A stretch of DNA of 64,000 nt, from positions 1,798,001 through 1,862,000 of the forward strand of contig NW_027270907.1 of NCBI RefSeq assembly GCF_040938485.1. Reading direction: 5' to 3'. Both the position numbers and the translations under genes were made by a program. The notes beneath the pieces were generated by a model that made no database searches, was not told the DNA's origin, and saw nothing but the letters and a program-made list of their open reading frames with translations. This DNA is from Diadema antillarum (taxonomy: Eukaryota). Of the stretch, positions 37,142 through 52,500 are shown one piece after another; the stretch's first letter is position 1, and each line of letters starts with the position of its first letter.

Positions 37142-38832
37142 AGACCTGCCAAATAGTAAGACTAAGTAATCCAATGCAATGGTGGACTGTACTTATCAAG
37201 AAGAAGAAGAAGAGCGATCGACTTCATGATATAGACTAATACTTTCTACTTGAGTACAGAGTAGTGTCCCGCACATTGCCATGTAGTAAAAAGTTTATGC
37301 ATGTTTCATATGTCATTCACCCTTGAAACTAAAATTCTATGAAATCCTACTCTCATAGATCTAGAGGAGAGTCCTTAGAGAGTCAAAACCACAAGTTCAG
37401 TGATGGATACTGGAAACATGTAACTGGTTAGGTATCATCGTCAAATGCGATCAAGTCTTACTTTATATTCTTTTTGTTATTTTTTGCTCTGGATATCAAT
37501 AAATTTAAATGATGACTGTGCATGGTTTCAAAATTTGATGTGATAGACGGTTTCATACACCGGATGAGTTGCACAGGTCGTACTTTACCAAAAGATCAGT
37601 GTGTATCTTGTCTTCGAGGATATGTTCCGCGGAGACTACGCCCGATGCCTTCATGGAATGGGGGACTCCTGAGGAGGACCATAAAAGTTCAAAAAAATGT
37701 TATCTATAAAACTCCTCAACGTTTTCTTGTCTGAGGTCGTACCAACCACTGTTTTAGCAAGAGCCACTGTATTAATTAACTCTGTGCCAAGATGTAAACC
37801 CCTTGTGTGCCACATTGTGCCGAGACCGCAATGTATGAGCACTGTAGAAACATCTGTTTTTCAAAGTCATGTAACTTTTCAAAGGAATGTTTATACTAGA
37901 TGTTCAGTGAGCAGAGTTGTAGAGAAAATATTAAGCTTTGCTGGGGTGTAAATCTTGTGACAGAGCTAGGGTTATTTTTTTGTGAATGGCCTGCAGCTTA
38001 TTGTCCAGGTCTGGGAGGCATGACTTTTGCAGACATACCTGTGCACATTACCACAACTACAACAAAAATGTAGAGTTTTCCTGAAAACCCCCCATGGAGC
38101 ACAGCTATTCAACCACATGCAACACAAGCTATCTGTGTGAGGAATAAAATTGCGATTGAAGCTTTCATTGTATTGTGACATTTGGCATTTTATCAATCAG
38201 TTTGGGGGGGGGGGGCAGAGGTTATGCTTTTGAACAAAATATTCGTACTTGGCACGCCACGACTGAATTGGGCATGCACACATGGCACGTAAAAATTAAA
38301 TTTATACTGGTATCAAGGCATTTAGAAAGTGTCTAATCATATACCCAAATATTCCATGTAAAGTGTTTATACAATGTATTTGTTTATTAGTTGCAAAAAT
38401 ATTCTGACATTTCTGTTTGTGTGTTGATTGTGCTTACAGTTTTTAGGTATGCACCACCTGATATTGAAAGAAAAAAAATACAACTTTCATTTCACATGAA
38501 CTCCATGGTGGACATCCATGTTTGCTCACATACAGTATGAGATCTTTGTGTACAGGGAGATTTTCCAGTCACGTGACAGTGAGGTACTTTCATCATCTCT
38601 AGAGACTATGAAATAGTTTGCAATGATCTGAAACAAAATTGCCTTAAATGAATGATAATAAGGCTATTGACCCCTTATCAGGAAAACTTTGGATGCAAAT
38701 TGTGATATATTATAGTCTTTGCAGAAGTTTTGTGTTCTGTTACTTTTTTATTTACTGCCTGCATTCTTCTTTCTCACCAGGTGTCCTTGCTGATAGTAGA
38801 CACCAGTCCTGTTGAACTGACTGACTACCAAG

Positions 38833-40459
38833 ATGGGAGTCAGTTCAGAATTTGATGCCGTCTACGACATCCTTGATTCGCGTCAGAGAGGATTCATTGA
38901 GTATGAAGAAGTCCTGGAGTTTTACCTTGAATTCTACTTCATGCCAGTAGCAAGAGACCAAGTAAGAAGTTATAAATTTAGTGAAATAAGAGATCGAATA
39001 CCAGTGTCCACATACATACACTATGACTCCACATTACAGACTTATGCTTCTCCACCTTACATTGTGATACCAAAGACACATTCTGTTCTTATTATCAAAA
39101 TAACTTGACAACAACTTGAGACATGGGTTATTAGTCATGATGATCGTGCCCAAAATAGATGAAATCCTTTTGTGTTACATAAAGTGGTTACTTGCTGATC
39201 ACTCACTAATGAATAATGATTGTTCCACATTGGCAGAACAAGAATTGCATTCGATTTTCGGAATTGTGGTGCTAAGCACCGTTATATTCTGCTTAGCATT
39301 TGTTAAATGGAAGAAATATCAGTCTCTGTCACAATTAGAGAATCAAGCTTTTAAATCAGCGATTTTCAGATTTCCTTTTCATTTCTACCCAAAAATTACT
39401 GGGTTTCATGACTCCTTAAGTCTCAACTAGCAATGACAATTATTTTTTATTCAGGTGTCAGAAGCCATTAAACATGTTTGCGGAAAGGAAGCGAATGGAA
39501 GATGCCAGAAAGCGCAATTTCTGGATCTAGTTGTGGAATTGGAGCGCAGACGCCAGATTGAGCATGGAACATGGTGGGATTTTAAAGGCTTAGATACAAA
39601 GGTAAGATTTTATCATATTGAAAACCTTTGTAAGAGCAAATCTTAAAGGTTATGCTTATTCATTTTACAATTTCTGTTATACTTTTATACCTTAGTGTAG
39701 CTTGCACTTGAAGAGCACTAAAAAGATAATACAGTGCTATATGATGACAAATTGTATGATGTCATAATCATTTGTCTGTTTACATGTTTGAGACATTTTT
39801 GCTGTTTGAACTATTTAAGTATAAAGTGTAACAAGTTTGCTTTGTGCCTTTCCAAAACTCAGTGCTCAATATGATTTCATCATGTGTTTTTAGGCGTCAG
39901 CTCAGTTAACACAAATTGATTCTGTCACTGATGTCGTGATTTTTACAATTTTCATCTTGATTTAAGGATGCAGACAGGATTTCGACAAAAGATGCCCTGT
40001 TCCTGATGAAAGCCACACACCAGGAGCACTTCACCTTTGCCACTTGGCAGGGTTTCCTGGAGTCCCGAGCCCATCCTAATGAGGACGTCAGCTATTCTGA
40101 GATTCGGTTGTGGCTCTGTAACTGGCCACTACCAGGGACTAGCTGGAGCTATGAGGAGATCATTACTACAGCAGACATGCTGGACAAGGAGAAAAAGAAG
40201 CAGGACATGCACAGACGCAGAAAGGTCATGAATCTCCAGGTACTGCATTTTACATTAATTACTCTTAGCCTGTGACGACAGCTTTCGTGCAAATATTCGT
40301 CCTTCAGCTCTCCTTGCTTTGTTGCTTCTGAAATCAGTCCTGGTATCTTGAAATATCAGTGAAATTATTTCAGGCATTGCTTAGTTTGCCTGATGATCCA
40401 CTTAAAAAAAAAATCTTCAGAGCTTAGGTACAAATGTATCTAATTTATTTTATTCTCTT

Positions 40460-40511
<52 letters not shown>

Positions 40512-43500
40512 TCACTCTCTTCCTCCCTGTCTTTTTAATACCATAATGACTACTGATATGATGTCCCCAGCAATGATTTAAATGCTCTGTAGCAGTATTT
40601 TTGCAGTTCCACTGAGCCAAAGGCTTATCATGACTATTGTTTGGTGCTTTATTAAAGGGCCAGAAGCTTGTTACATCAAATTTTGTAATACTCCTCGGAA
40701 TTATTCACAAATTGAGCCAAGGTTATGTAATGTGTATCCACCTAGGTAGATGGTTATGAATGGTCCAAGGGGAAGCCAGCAGTTTAGAGTATTTCGTAGT
40801 ACTTCATATGTGGTCAATTTGTTTGATGTTACCCACAAAATGACTGTCCTAATAAGGACAGTCACTGTGAATCTCTTGATGAAACAGATTGGCAAAGCAG
40901 AACGAACTTGAACTGTGATTTATCACCAACTGGATAACACTCATCACAGCGACCACTGTCATAACCTTGAATTCATGGTCCAGTTTCAAGCAATAGTAGA
41001 TGGAATAGAGTAAACAGCATTCTATCAGCAAACAGAGGTTACTTTTAAAACACACTCAATACTAAAGAAAGATATCATAATGCATTTTCCATCATTCTCT
41101 TTGAAAGCAGAATGTACTTGATCTGAATTTTGACAAATGCATGCCACATTCCTTCATTACATTGAGTATTACTGATTTGTAGACCCAATGTTCCAAAAAC
41201 ACCACCTTGCTTCACATATTTCTTGAACTTGATGGTATCAACAGCACTATGTACGGTGCATTACGTTCATTGCAGAAGTGCACTTACATCCCAGATAGTA
41301 ATACAATGTAGTATACAAATGATGCACAGATCTGAGTGTATTAGTATACAAATATCGACTGCTACAGAGGGAGATGGTAAAACTATTTGCACCGAGGTGA
41401 CTTCTCAACAGTGCTATGTCCCGAGACGAAGTCGAGGGACATGGCACTGTTGAGAAATCACCGAGGTCAAATAGTTTTACCATGGCCCGAAAGAAAGCAG
41501 TCAATATTTGTTTTATATCCCTCTCGAGCATTTTACAAGAGTGATGACAAGGTTCCCTTTTGGAAAAATGTGCAGGTTTAACGTTAAATCGAACGTTAGA
41601 CCGTGGCAGTGCAGCAGCAGTGCGTGCAGTGCGTAGCGAACGACACCACTGCATGCGCTGTATAGGCCACCGTGTATTAAACCGTTGTTGGTTCCTACGC
41701 ACAAGCTACACTACAGCGTGCTAAACTCCGAACGATCAAGGAGGTCCAGGACTAGAAGTAGGCCTAAAGCAGCTTCGTTGCCCATATCATCTTCAAAATC
41801 GGTTTTAGTTTATTCCTAATTCGTACCTGATATGTTGTCCTTCTCCTGCAATCATTCCTCCGTTACTTGAAGCAGTCACTTTGTCAATTGAGCTGAACTG
41901 CATTGATCATACTAATGTTACACACACACACACACACCATCGCACCACAGATTTCTGTAATGCCATCGCGCACCGCACTCTAGCGCTAGCTCGCTACAAG
42001 CCACAGGACTGTCGCTAGCTAAAGTATCGCTACTACGCGCACTGCGTACATTCTCAAGTGAGAAATGTAGATATCGATCACACAATCACGATTGGGTGCA
42101 GATCGTGGATTCCCAAAAGTACTATATCACGCTGGCTAGTAACTCTTTCCACCGCATCCAGCTGCTCATAGCTAGCTAGTAAAACTACACCATTTTCGTG
42201 CTCCGTATAATCCTATGGCAAGAAACTTTACATGAGGGATATAATATGAATTGTTTGCACAAGATAACTGTGGCATTGCTCAACCCACTCGTCTGTGTCT
42301 CACGGGTTAAGACCAGTTTCCGTATGCACACACTATTCATACTGACGTACAAAGAAGCATATACATTATCTGTTTTGTAGAGCAGTGACCAATTTTTTTC
42401 CAAACCTCCATTTTTTTTAAAAATCATGCTTCTAGTAATAACCAAAGCATGGCAAAACTATCAGGTGTAATGCTAGCCATCTTGCTTGGTGACCTATTGC
42501 AGTGAGCTAACTGCTTATTAGCGTGTTTACAGTGGCTATCATCAATGATTGTAATAATCGCTTGATATTAAACTTCTGGCCAGTAAAAATCAACACACAG
42601 CTCTCGACCAATGAGATTGCACATTGCCTTACACTGTTCCATGATAATTGTTGACAATATTGTAATTTATATTTCATCCGTAATTTTGCCAGGATGATTT
42701 CATCTCGGCAATAGAAGCCCAAGAGAAGCAGCAGTACAGCAATAGATTCAGGAATGAGGCGAGGAGAAAACTCAACAGGTAAGGCTAACTGTGCATTCAC
42801 TTCCTTCACATAAGTTTTAAGTGAAAGGTAATCAGCCCACTATTGTAGTAATGAATCATATGTGTTATGAGGAGATATTCCATGCATTTTTAGATTGAAG
42901 ATATACTACTCTTGTCTAAAATTACAATATTGAGTGAGTCATGTTTTCAATAGAAATTGACCAGGAAGTCATGGAACTTGTAATTTGTAATATATAAGTC
43001 AAACTTATATACCGGTACTGTATGATGCCACTGAACCTTTAATACTTTTCCCTGATTTTTAGGATGCTGCAGAGCTGCAATGAACAAATTTATTTACATT
43101 CAGTACATGGATGTATATGTATGGCAAGCTGTGTATGATTTTCTACCTTGCATTTGTTTGAAAACACAGTGATTATCATTGCCTTATATGTGATAAATTT
43201 CACCTGTAGTAGTGATAGTTATTACCATGAACATATCTCTTTGTCATCGTAAAAGATGTAGGACATATCGATTTAATTGCTTTAAAGGTTGACTTGCTTG
43301 AACTTGATGAAGTGACAAATTGATTGATTTGCTTTTAAGAATGGATGTGCAGAAAGAAACTACATTGTGCAATCATTTGATAGAATATAGTCCTACATGT
43401 ATACTCCTACATGCACAAAGAACATGGCCATATTGGAATAAAGATACTTTGCAAAAAAAAAGAAAAAAATATGATGATCATAAGTAGATGACATCAAATA

Positions 43501-46500
43501 AACTTCAGCGTTTGGAATCCCTCATAGTTTTAATTGCATCATATTGTTTGTGATATTTCAGTCATGCCACCAGAGTTCTGTAGTTGCCTTTTTACACAGT
43601 AATTTGCACACATTATCCTGTAGTAATTTCTTGTGGGCATATATGCACTGACTTGCAATTGATGTGATTGATTTTTTACATATGACTTTCATGTTTAGTC
43701 AAATTTGATTAAACAAATGAAATATATCTGTTGGCTGATGTAGGTGGGTGCAACTTGGGGTTGAATCTCTCCTGTTTGATGACGGCTATGATGCCTTTGA
43801 AGGAGATGGCACAAAGCGAAATACTGTCACAGTACAGGATCTTATGGAGGCCATGGAAGAGAAGTATGACATCCTGAGAGAGAAGCTGCTCTGGGAATCC
43901 ACACAGAAGCATGTCGGTAAGTAGCAGTTTTCACCACCAGAGGCATGCCCCTACTTTCATGCTTAGCATGACACATTTTCTATTTCATGATTTTATGTCA
44001 TGGAATAAGATGAGAACAGAAAACCAAGCAGCAATGTAGACATAACTCTTTTCATGCTAAGTAATTATATAATAAAAGCATGTTTCATTTTCTGTTTTTG
44101 TGTTGTTGTTGTTGTTTAGTTGTTGCTTTTTTGTCTGTAGTATCAACAGAAATTCAGCTACAAGGAACATTCTCTCTAGAAATAATACCAGGTCATTTTG
44201 CGTTTGTGGTCCGAGTGTACATTGTTCAATATGAGCAAGATGAAGAGGTGAAAATTATTGTCAAAGGCAATCCATTACATATCAATTGGTTCAAACATTG
44301 GCAAAGCTGTCATAAAATAAGTAAACTTGCGTACACAACTCTTTCTGTTTTTTGTTTTTCTTCTTCAGGTGATACTATCTGGTCCTCAATGCGTGAGAGC
44401 GAGCGTGAGGAACAGGTTTTGCGCGTCAAGACCAAAGAGACAGAATACCGCATCAAGGGTGACTTTGAGAAAGTCACCCAGCTGAGCGTCTCATACCAGG
44501 TTTATGACTTCACGCTGACATCTGTGATGGGTTATGACCGACTGGCACATCTCAAATACCTGAAGGAGTTGCAGGACAATGAGAAGAAATTGCAGGCAGA
44601 GGGGAAGTCAGAAGAGGAGCGCTACTTGGCATTTGCTGCTGAACACATGCAGAAAGTTCAAGGTAGATAGTTTGTAGCCTAAATAAATGATTCTATGACA
44701 GCTAAACTACCATATAATTGATCATGTTTTGAGAAATGTTGTTCACAAAGCATAGGTCAGATTTTGTCACAGTCAGGCATTTTAAGTACAAACATTTCTA
44801 AATCTCAGATTGTACTTCTCAAGGTTTCTAGACCAATTGCAGAATCATGCAGTCATTAATGTTTACTTGTGTAATTTAAGTTTTTCTGGAGAATGGGGGC
44901 AGCAAAAAAACAAAAAAACAAAACAAAAGTAAGTCAAACCTCATGTAATTATGAGTCTGTGATAACTGGAATTGAAATATCTAAGTTTTGTGACTAGGAT
45001 GATGTATTTATTTTGTGTGTGAAACCCCTTTTTATGCCTCTTCCCGTATTAATTTGGTTATTAGATGGTATGAACTTTAGAATGCCTGCAAAGTCCCTTT
45101 ATCATGCATTTTTGTTGTCATTTAGCAAAATAACTGATAGTGTCTGATTGTCTGATTCAATTAAAGTTCACAATGTGAACATACAGTTAAGACAAAACTG
45201 ATTGTAAACAAAATCTCGTTCTCTCTGTATCTGTAGGCAGAGCCACAGCTGGCCAGCTTCTGATTGACCTGCACAAAAGACACATGTCTGAAAAGGACTT
45301 TGTCCTCTCCTTGTTGAAGGGCAGCCAGGGTAGACCTCTCTTTGCTGCAGAGATGGTGACTGAGTATGTCTACTATGTCAGCCAGCAGCTCATTGCAAGC
45401 TGGGAGCCCTCTCAGCTGGAATACTCAGCAATGGCCATGGGCATCTCTGAGCGGACACAGGATATCAAAATGTCCTGGTCAGTGGGAAATCTTTGCTCGC
45501 AGTAGATAACATGAACATTATGAATCTTAGTTTTGGATTTAACTCAAAAACATTTGATTAATTACATGTATTTTCATGTTTAATCTTTAATTACCTTCAT
45601 TGTCGTGTTTAATTCTTAATTCCCATCACTGTTATGTTTAATGATCAATTATTTCTATTCGTAATCAATTTTCAAACAGAAGAGTCAATGAAGATACATA
45701 TGCATACTGTTTTGCAACTTTATTGATAACTGCATCACCTGAATGTGGTGGGAAACTGATGAGTGGTTTATTAAATGCCATCTCAAGAAAGGAGTGCAGT
45801 CAAACAGGAGTATATTGGATCGATGTGTGAGTTAAAAGTGTGAAAAGTAAAAGTACTCTTGTATCCTCTTGTGCATGCAGTTATGATTATGATCGTGATC
45901 TGCATGAGCTGCTAGCTTTAGAGCGTCTTCACAAGGCCCCAATGGGGACCTTCCCAGACAAGCCGTCAGGAGAACACCCACCCATGGAAGGCCGCAGTCG
46001 TGGGATTGTAGACATCCAAGTTCAGGTCATGCGTGCTGTACTCCGTAAACACATCCACGAAAGACAGGTGAGCATTGGTGGATGTTGTCGTTTTAATTAC
46101 TTTGTACCCTGCTTCACTTTCTCGTGCTCATTCTAGTAAATCTGCCCATGACTGCGTAAATTTAATAAAGTCAGTATGTCGTAGAGCAGTAAGGAATATG
46201 AAGTTGTCCAAACTTCGCCTTGAGTTGCATTCCACAGCGTAGCTGGGTTGATATCTAGGTTTCATAGAATATTTACATTTGACGCAAGGATTGTATGAAG
46301 CCAGGATTGTATGAAGCCAGAAACACCCACAGTGTCAAGACAAGAGTTGATATGACACACTGCCTTATGCTCTCTGTAGATGATGGTGTACATGCTTCAA
46401 GGCAAGGAGAGCAAGGCCTGGCGAGCAGTAGCCCGCAGGAGGACCACTAGGGAAGGGAGAGAGGAGAGAATCAATGAGCTGAGAGCCCAGTGCTCCAACT

Positions 46501-49500
46501 GGCGCCAGTCTTCGGCAGACTTCATGCGTGCAAAGCAGAAGGCACACATCAAAATGCTGCTTGAAGGCACCTGGCTCTACCATGAGAATAGGTAAGAACC
46601 TTAGAGTCTGAAAAAGCTCTTTCAAACTGTTTTATTGAAGTCTGTCAGTCAGGTGATAACCACATTGGTCTGACATAGAGTAGGCTAAACACTATTATTT
46701 TCTGTACTCCTATTTCTATGACATGCATTATACTCAGAAACAGTGTTATCATGGTATTGAAAGAAAACAAAAAGCCTGTCATTGGCTGGGTAGGCCCATA
46801 GTCCTTTTCCTTCAGCAGAAATTCAAATTTGCTACCATGCCCACCAATGATAGAAGATATAAATATGAGGGACGGAAAACTTCCCTTCGAATAATTTCCC
46901 GTGTTTGAAACTGATATTAGAGTAGGGACTTTTGCATACATGTCAGAGAGAAGGAAACCATGCAAGCATAAAGCTTAGAAAAGAATTTGTTTTTTGCTAG
47001 TGTGGTTACTTTTCTACTTCACTCATGCTGCTATTGATTAGAAGTGTCAAAAGCATTGTAAGAGTAAAATCTCAGTCCTCTTTCTCCTATCCCAATGAAG
47101 ATGCTTGTAGTGCATACACAAGTACATACTGCTTGTTCATGCATGTTCAGTTTGTTACTTAATGACATCTCATGTCGTTTTGTGTGTCTTTTGAAAGTAA
47201 AGGAATACACATCCAGTTTTGCTGATGGACCATCCTTTCCAGGGAAATGATGATATCAATGAATTGCTATCTGTTTTTTCCAGTTGAAGGATAAGATGCT
47301 GGAAGTAATCTGCTTGCACTTTCACTTCCTTCTATCTTTCCTCATATGTATGATAAAGGCAACTAGACATCAGAGGAGGCCACAACCTCAGCCTGACCCA
47401 GGTTTCTGCTCATGTGTTGGCTGACATCCAGCAGCATCACACCAAGGAGTTGGAGCGCATCCTTCTTGAGATGCAGCACAAGGTTTGAAAGATCCTTACT
47501 CATCAGGAGTTTCTCTGCCCGCTGTGCTCTGACATTTTTCTACCTTTGAAAAAAAAAAGCCTTTGTTTTAGATGTCTATATGATATAGCAGCGATAAAAT
47601 CATGATGATGGTGACGACGATGATGATAATGATGATAATCATAATTATAATGACTGTCCTATTCACCAAGGATAGCAGGTTGGCACTGATCTAGCTAGTT
47701 CCAGAAATTATACACCAGTAGAGTTAAATTTCTGTTGCATGCCATTGGCATAGTGGAACAGACATTGGGGAACTTACACTGTTTGAAAAAAAAGAGTAAA
47801 AAATGGAAAGTCCATAGTTTTTGATGTACCGTTTATACTGCCAGAAAATTAGAATTATTCCTTTTTTTAGGCTTCTTAGGCAAGAAGTGTGCATGCGCAG
47901 AAAAACTGGTATATATTAGTTTTCTAGGTAGATGGTGTGCATGTGCAACTTGTATCTGTCTTTGCATGAAGGCCACTGATCTGTTTGATTCTTACATGGA
48001 GATCAGTGCTGTAGGCAGGCAGGCAGGAAATCTCACATGCCAAGGATGGATGTCACATGACCAAACATTGGAATAAAACTCAAGAGCTAGGTGTCGGTGT
48101 TTACGTTGGCACAAAAAAAAAAAAAAAAAACTGAATAAAACTGCCAATTTCAATAAATTCACTCCTGAGGAAGGCTTTTCAATTGCTTCATTTCGCTTAC
48201 GCACCAGTAGATGCCTAGCAACATCCAACAAAATACTGGAATGTGTAGAAAACTATATATATATATACTTTTTTTTTTTGGTGACAGTGTAAATGCCCAT
48301 GATCATGATCTGATGAGTGTTAGATCTAGATCCACCCTGTTTCCTGCCTGGTTGCTTCTTTTTTTTGTCTGTGAAAAATATTTCACAATATTTTATTGTG
48401 AAATAAAATTGTGTATTCTATATATTGCTTGTACCTCATGTGCAGGATGTAAAAGAGCTGATGTCCATCTGGTGGAGGGAGTACAGTGCACTGAATGAGG
48501 AATGGCTGGATGGGATCTCTGCTGTCATCCTAGGAACTTTTGAACTCACCCTGGAGGAACTCGAGATAGTAGCTGCCCTAGAAGCAAAATATGATGTCCT
48601 TAGGTAAACACGTAATTATCAAGTCATAGAGGATTAGTAGATTTTCTCTCTCTTCTTTCTTTCTATAAAACAACAACAACAGGATTAGTAGTCTCTTGAG
48701 AGAACTTTAATACAACCAAGGGAAATTACCTACACAGATCCATACTTTAAATATACAATTTACGAGCCAAGTCGTAGGCATAATAGCATATCAATTATTT
48801 TCAATATTTGTTTGGGGACTATAAAATGTATATAAGAATGGAATTGAAAGTAAACAGTGAAACAGTGCAACGTTTACCTTGAAATTCCAGTATTTTGAAG
48901 CATGATATCAGTATAGTGTCTCCAAATTTCAATGGGTAAATACAGTATGATAAGTCAGGATTTTGAATGGTTAAATAAAAACTCACAGTGTTTGGCAAGT
49001 CACAAACATAAACTACTTATTCATTTGGTCTGTCATATATGCAGCATGTTTTATTGTGAAGCAGGAATGAGCAATGCAAACTCATATCTCTTGCCTGTCA
49101 TATTTCCAGGGACAAGCTCTTGACAGATGCCCTTCTGAAGCAGTTTGGAGAGGCTGAGTGGAGGAAGATGACTGAAGGAGATCGCCAACGCCACATCCTG
49201 AAGTTGAAGCTTGAGGAGCGGCGTCTCAGGCAGGAGGGCAAGTTTGACCAGGCAGCAAAGCTTTTGGGAGACAGTATCAAGGTATGTTCAACTTTTCCAA
49301 GTTATCATGTTTGGATGATAAAGCCATGATTAGAAATTCTTTCATTATTTCAGTGATACTATAAGTTAGCCGTGCAGTGTATCAAACATGAGCAGTCTCA
49401 CAGTGATTACTTGTCATTGATATTTGCATGACTGGAATGGTGATCACAACTGATGTTGTTTGTGTTTTTTTTTTTTTCCACATGGTTGATGTCATTATAT

Positions 49501-52500
49501 AACCATCTTCATAGATGTTGGTATAACTAAGGGCGTCATATTTTGGAACAGCATTGCTGTACATATTCATGAAAATTCAAGAATTTCATTTATTTACGTC
49601 GATATAGGGCAATTGTCAATCAGTTGCAATAGCATTGCTGTTTCTGATTTGCTAGGGAGATTCTACAGTATTGGTAATATTTCTCTTTAATCAAGTATAA
49701 AGGACACATTTACGAAATTATCATGTTCTTGAGAAAACATAGTCACCACCAGCAGTGATGATAGTTAAAAGTTATCTTGGTACAAAGGTGTGAGAATGAT
49801 CAGTACATATGAAGATTGCTGGAGAATTGTATTGCTGAGCAGTATGCTCTCTATGTGTGTTTGCTATAGGACAAGGAAGCACTGGAGAAATTGATGGGCA
49901 CCAATCGAGAGGAGTTCCAGAGGAAGCTACAACAGAGGCTTCTCATGAGGGAAAAGCGTAAAGCCCAGGGCCTTGAATCTGATGAAGAGAGTGATTCAGG
50001 TATACAGTACTCCAGTTATAACAAACATGGTTATTACAGTGTTCTTGTTACAACGAAGTAGAAATTTAGGTCCCAAAATTATCATCAATGTGTCTTTATT
50101 TAATTCACTGTTCGGCTATAATGAAATTTTGGTATGACGAAAGAAAAATGCTGGTCCCAAGGACTTCATTGTAACGGCAGTCACCTGTGCTTCAAGACTT
50201 TTCATTGAATATTTTCATTGTCCCTTTCTGTACTAAGACAGCTCTCTGTACTGCATTCTTCTGTCATAAAGAGCACTAGCTCTCAAGCAATCTCATATCA
50301 ACAAAACACTAGAGGACAACTGCAATTTCTAGCTACATGTAAGTGAAATGAATCAAGTGCAATTTTGCACTCAAGTGAAGTACAGCAGTAGTATTGTAAT
50401 AGCAGTGACTGTCTTTTGCTTCAAATTGAACTTCTGATTGAAGAAAAATCTGATATACTCACTTCTGGCAGAAATCCAAGAGAGTGAGACAACCACAGGC
50501 AACATCCTGAAGGACCTCCAGAAGAGGCAGGATGAAGAGCTCAATGCCATCATGATGTTGCTACGGCAACAGCAGAACCAGTACCTCAGTGAGAGAGAGA
50601 GGCAGGAGTTACTGCTAAGGCTAAAGAGGGAGCGCCGACGTGCAGCCAAGGAGAACAACTTTGACGAGGCAGCCATCTTGCTTGGATTGGCGGAAAGGAA
50701 CAAAGCCAACATGGAGGAAAAGTACGCAAATTGGTAGAAGTCTGAGCTTGCAGCAATACTACTATTACTTTGCCGCACTGTCATGTGTCAATACCATTCA
50801 GCTTCCATAATCTTCCACTTTTTGAGTTGTGATTTTTTTTCCCTTTCAAAATACAAACATATTCATGCAAACTTTTGTGAAGAATTATGTAAGTAGTACG
50901 TGGAGTCATTTTGATATTCATATTGTATTTTTGAGTGTTTTTCATCACTTTACTCCTTCAATTAACCATTTGGTATTCAGAGGAGATAGAACATCACTGT
51001 ATAAATTCCAACCACAATTTGATTGTAGATTGAAGGCAGAGAGAGAACGTCAACTCAAACTTGCCAGAGAACGGCTTGCAGCAAGGAAAAACAAGTCTGA
51101 GCAGATTGTGGATGACTTTGATGAGCCAAACTTACCACCCAAAGGTATGTCATCCAAAGTAATTTGTGGGATTTTTTATTTCAATACTTGGGACACTTAC
51201 TGAATACCAGAGACCACATGTAGCATTCACTTCACGTATATATGGTAGAAGCACTTAAGTTTGGTGAGTACGGCTCTCGAGTTGTAAACAGAAGATAATC
51301 ATGATTTAAAGTTCTGCCCAGTGCGTAATCTGTGGATATTTGTTTCACCCACAACGTCATGGCTGTCCCAAATTTACAAATGGGTACCAGGTAACATAAT
51401 GATAATTACAGGATCCTGTTGAAGAGACTACCCAGGGAAACAATATATTCATTATCTTTAACAGATGTCCTGGCATATTTTACTTGCCCCTATAACGAAT
51501 TGAACAGTTAGACCTGTCAATGCTTTAGCGTCAGATAATTGCATTGATGATTAGGTTTAAATAAGCAAGAACTTTGGCTTGCAGGGCATTACACTTTAAC
51601 CCTGTACTGTCCCCCCAGGTGACCTTGAGGCCTGGCGGGATGCAGTCCTGCGAGAGATGGATCGCAGGCACCGGGCGGAGCAGGAGCTTCTGGTGAACAT
51701 CATCATGGATGAGGGCAGTGAGGATGTGAGAGATGCAGCCAGAAAGATGGGCAAAGAGGGCAGGCAGGAAAGACTCCTTCACCTCAGGTCCAAGGCAGAG
51801 GGACTCAACCTTGAAAAGAAAGGTACAGTGACTGTAGTAAGATGGAGAGACTCAAACAGGATTTGTTGCCCCATTTTATAGTGTAATGGTTTAATCTGAC
51901 TATATTTATGAACTTTTGTCAGTACACTCAACTGTAGAAATCAGTAGAAACTGTAGAAGCAAGACTATTTTTAGTGAAAAAAGAAAGATAGGATATTTCT
52001 GAAAAAGAGAAAAAAAAATCATATTTGTAATCAACCTACAGTCTTGTACACATTACAAAGTCAGTGTAGAATAAATACTATCAGTGAAATTTAAAAGTTT
52101 TGGGGAAATTGAAAAACTGTTGTGAAGGGTTTGATAAGAGTAAATTATGCGTCATTTTCTTGTGCTGTGAGAGGTAAAATCCCATTTGTAAATATCTAAG
52201 GAAGGACTGGTGGTGTTTTGGAGCTGCAGTCATTGACTGTGACATTATTTGATGTACATGTAAGAAATATTGTGTAAGTGATAATGACTGCATTTGTAGT
52301 AGGTAATGCTAGGATTGAAAGTGAAGACAGAAGTCTTGCATGTATTTATTCTACTGTATATGTTTATTTATCTTTTAAACTCCTTGGGTAATGTGAAGTT
52401 GTGGACAACTATAAAACTCTCTTTCAGAGGAAAAAGAAGAGAATCGTGACATCTTGGAGGAGGCAGGAGCCATAAAGAGTATCCTCCGTCATAGAACCTT

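Noticed and set aside
45330-45350. Possible donor GGTAGAC within the exon at 45237-45477
   Set aside because: It would imply a ~21-nt intron, and the read-through peptide (SAMAMGISER) aligns with the repeat motif AAILLGLAER, so the exon is continuous.
50371-50784. Minus-strand ORFs overlapping exons (also 46365-46625, 52489-52767, 57437-57706, 59342-59530, 60568-60753, 61601-61810, 24377-24592, and plus 30434-30703)
   Set aside because: They are antisense shadows of real coding exons, with Ser/Leu-rich composition expected from complementing Glu/Lys/Arg codons.
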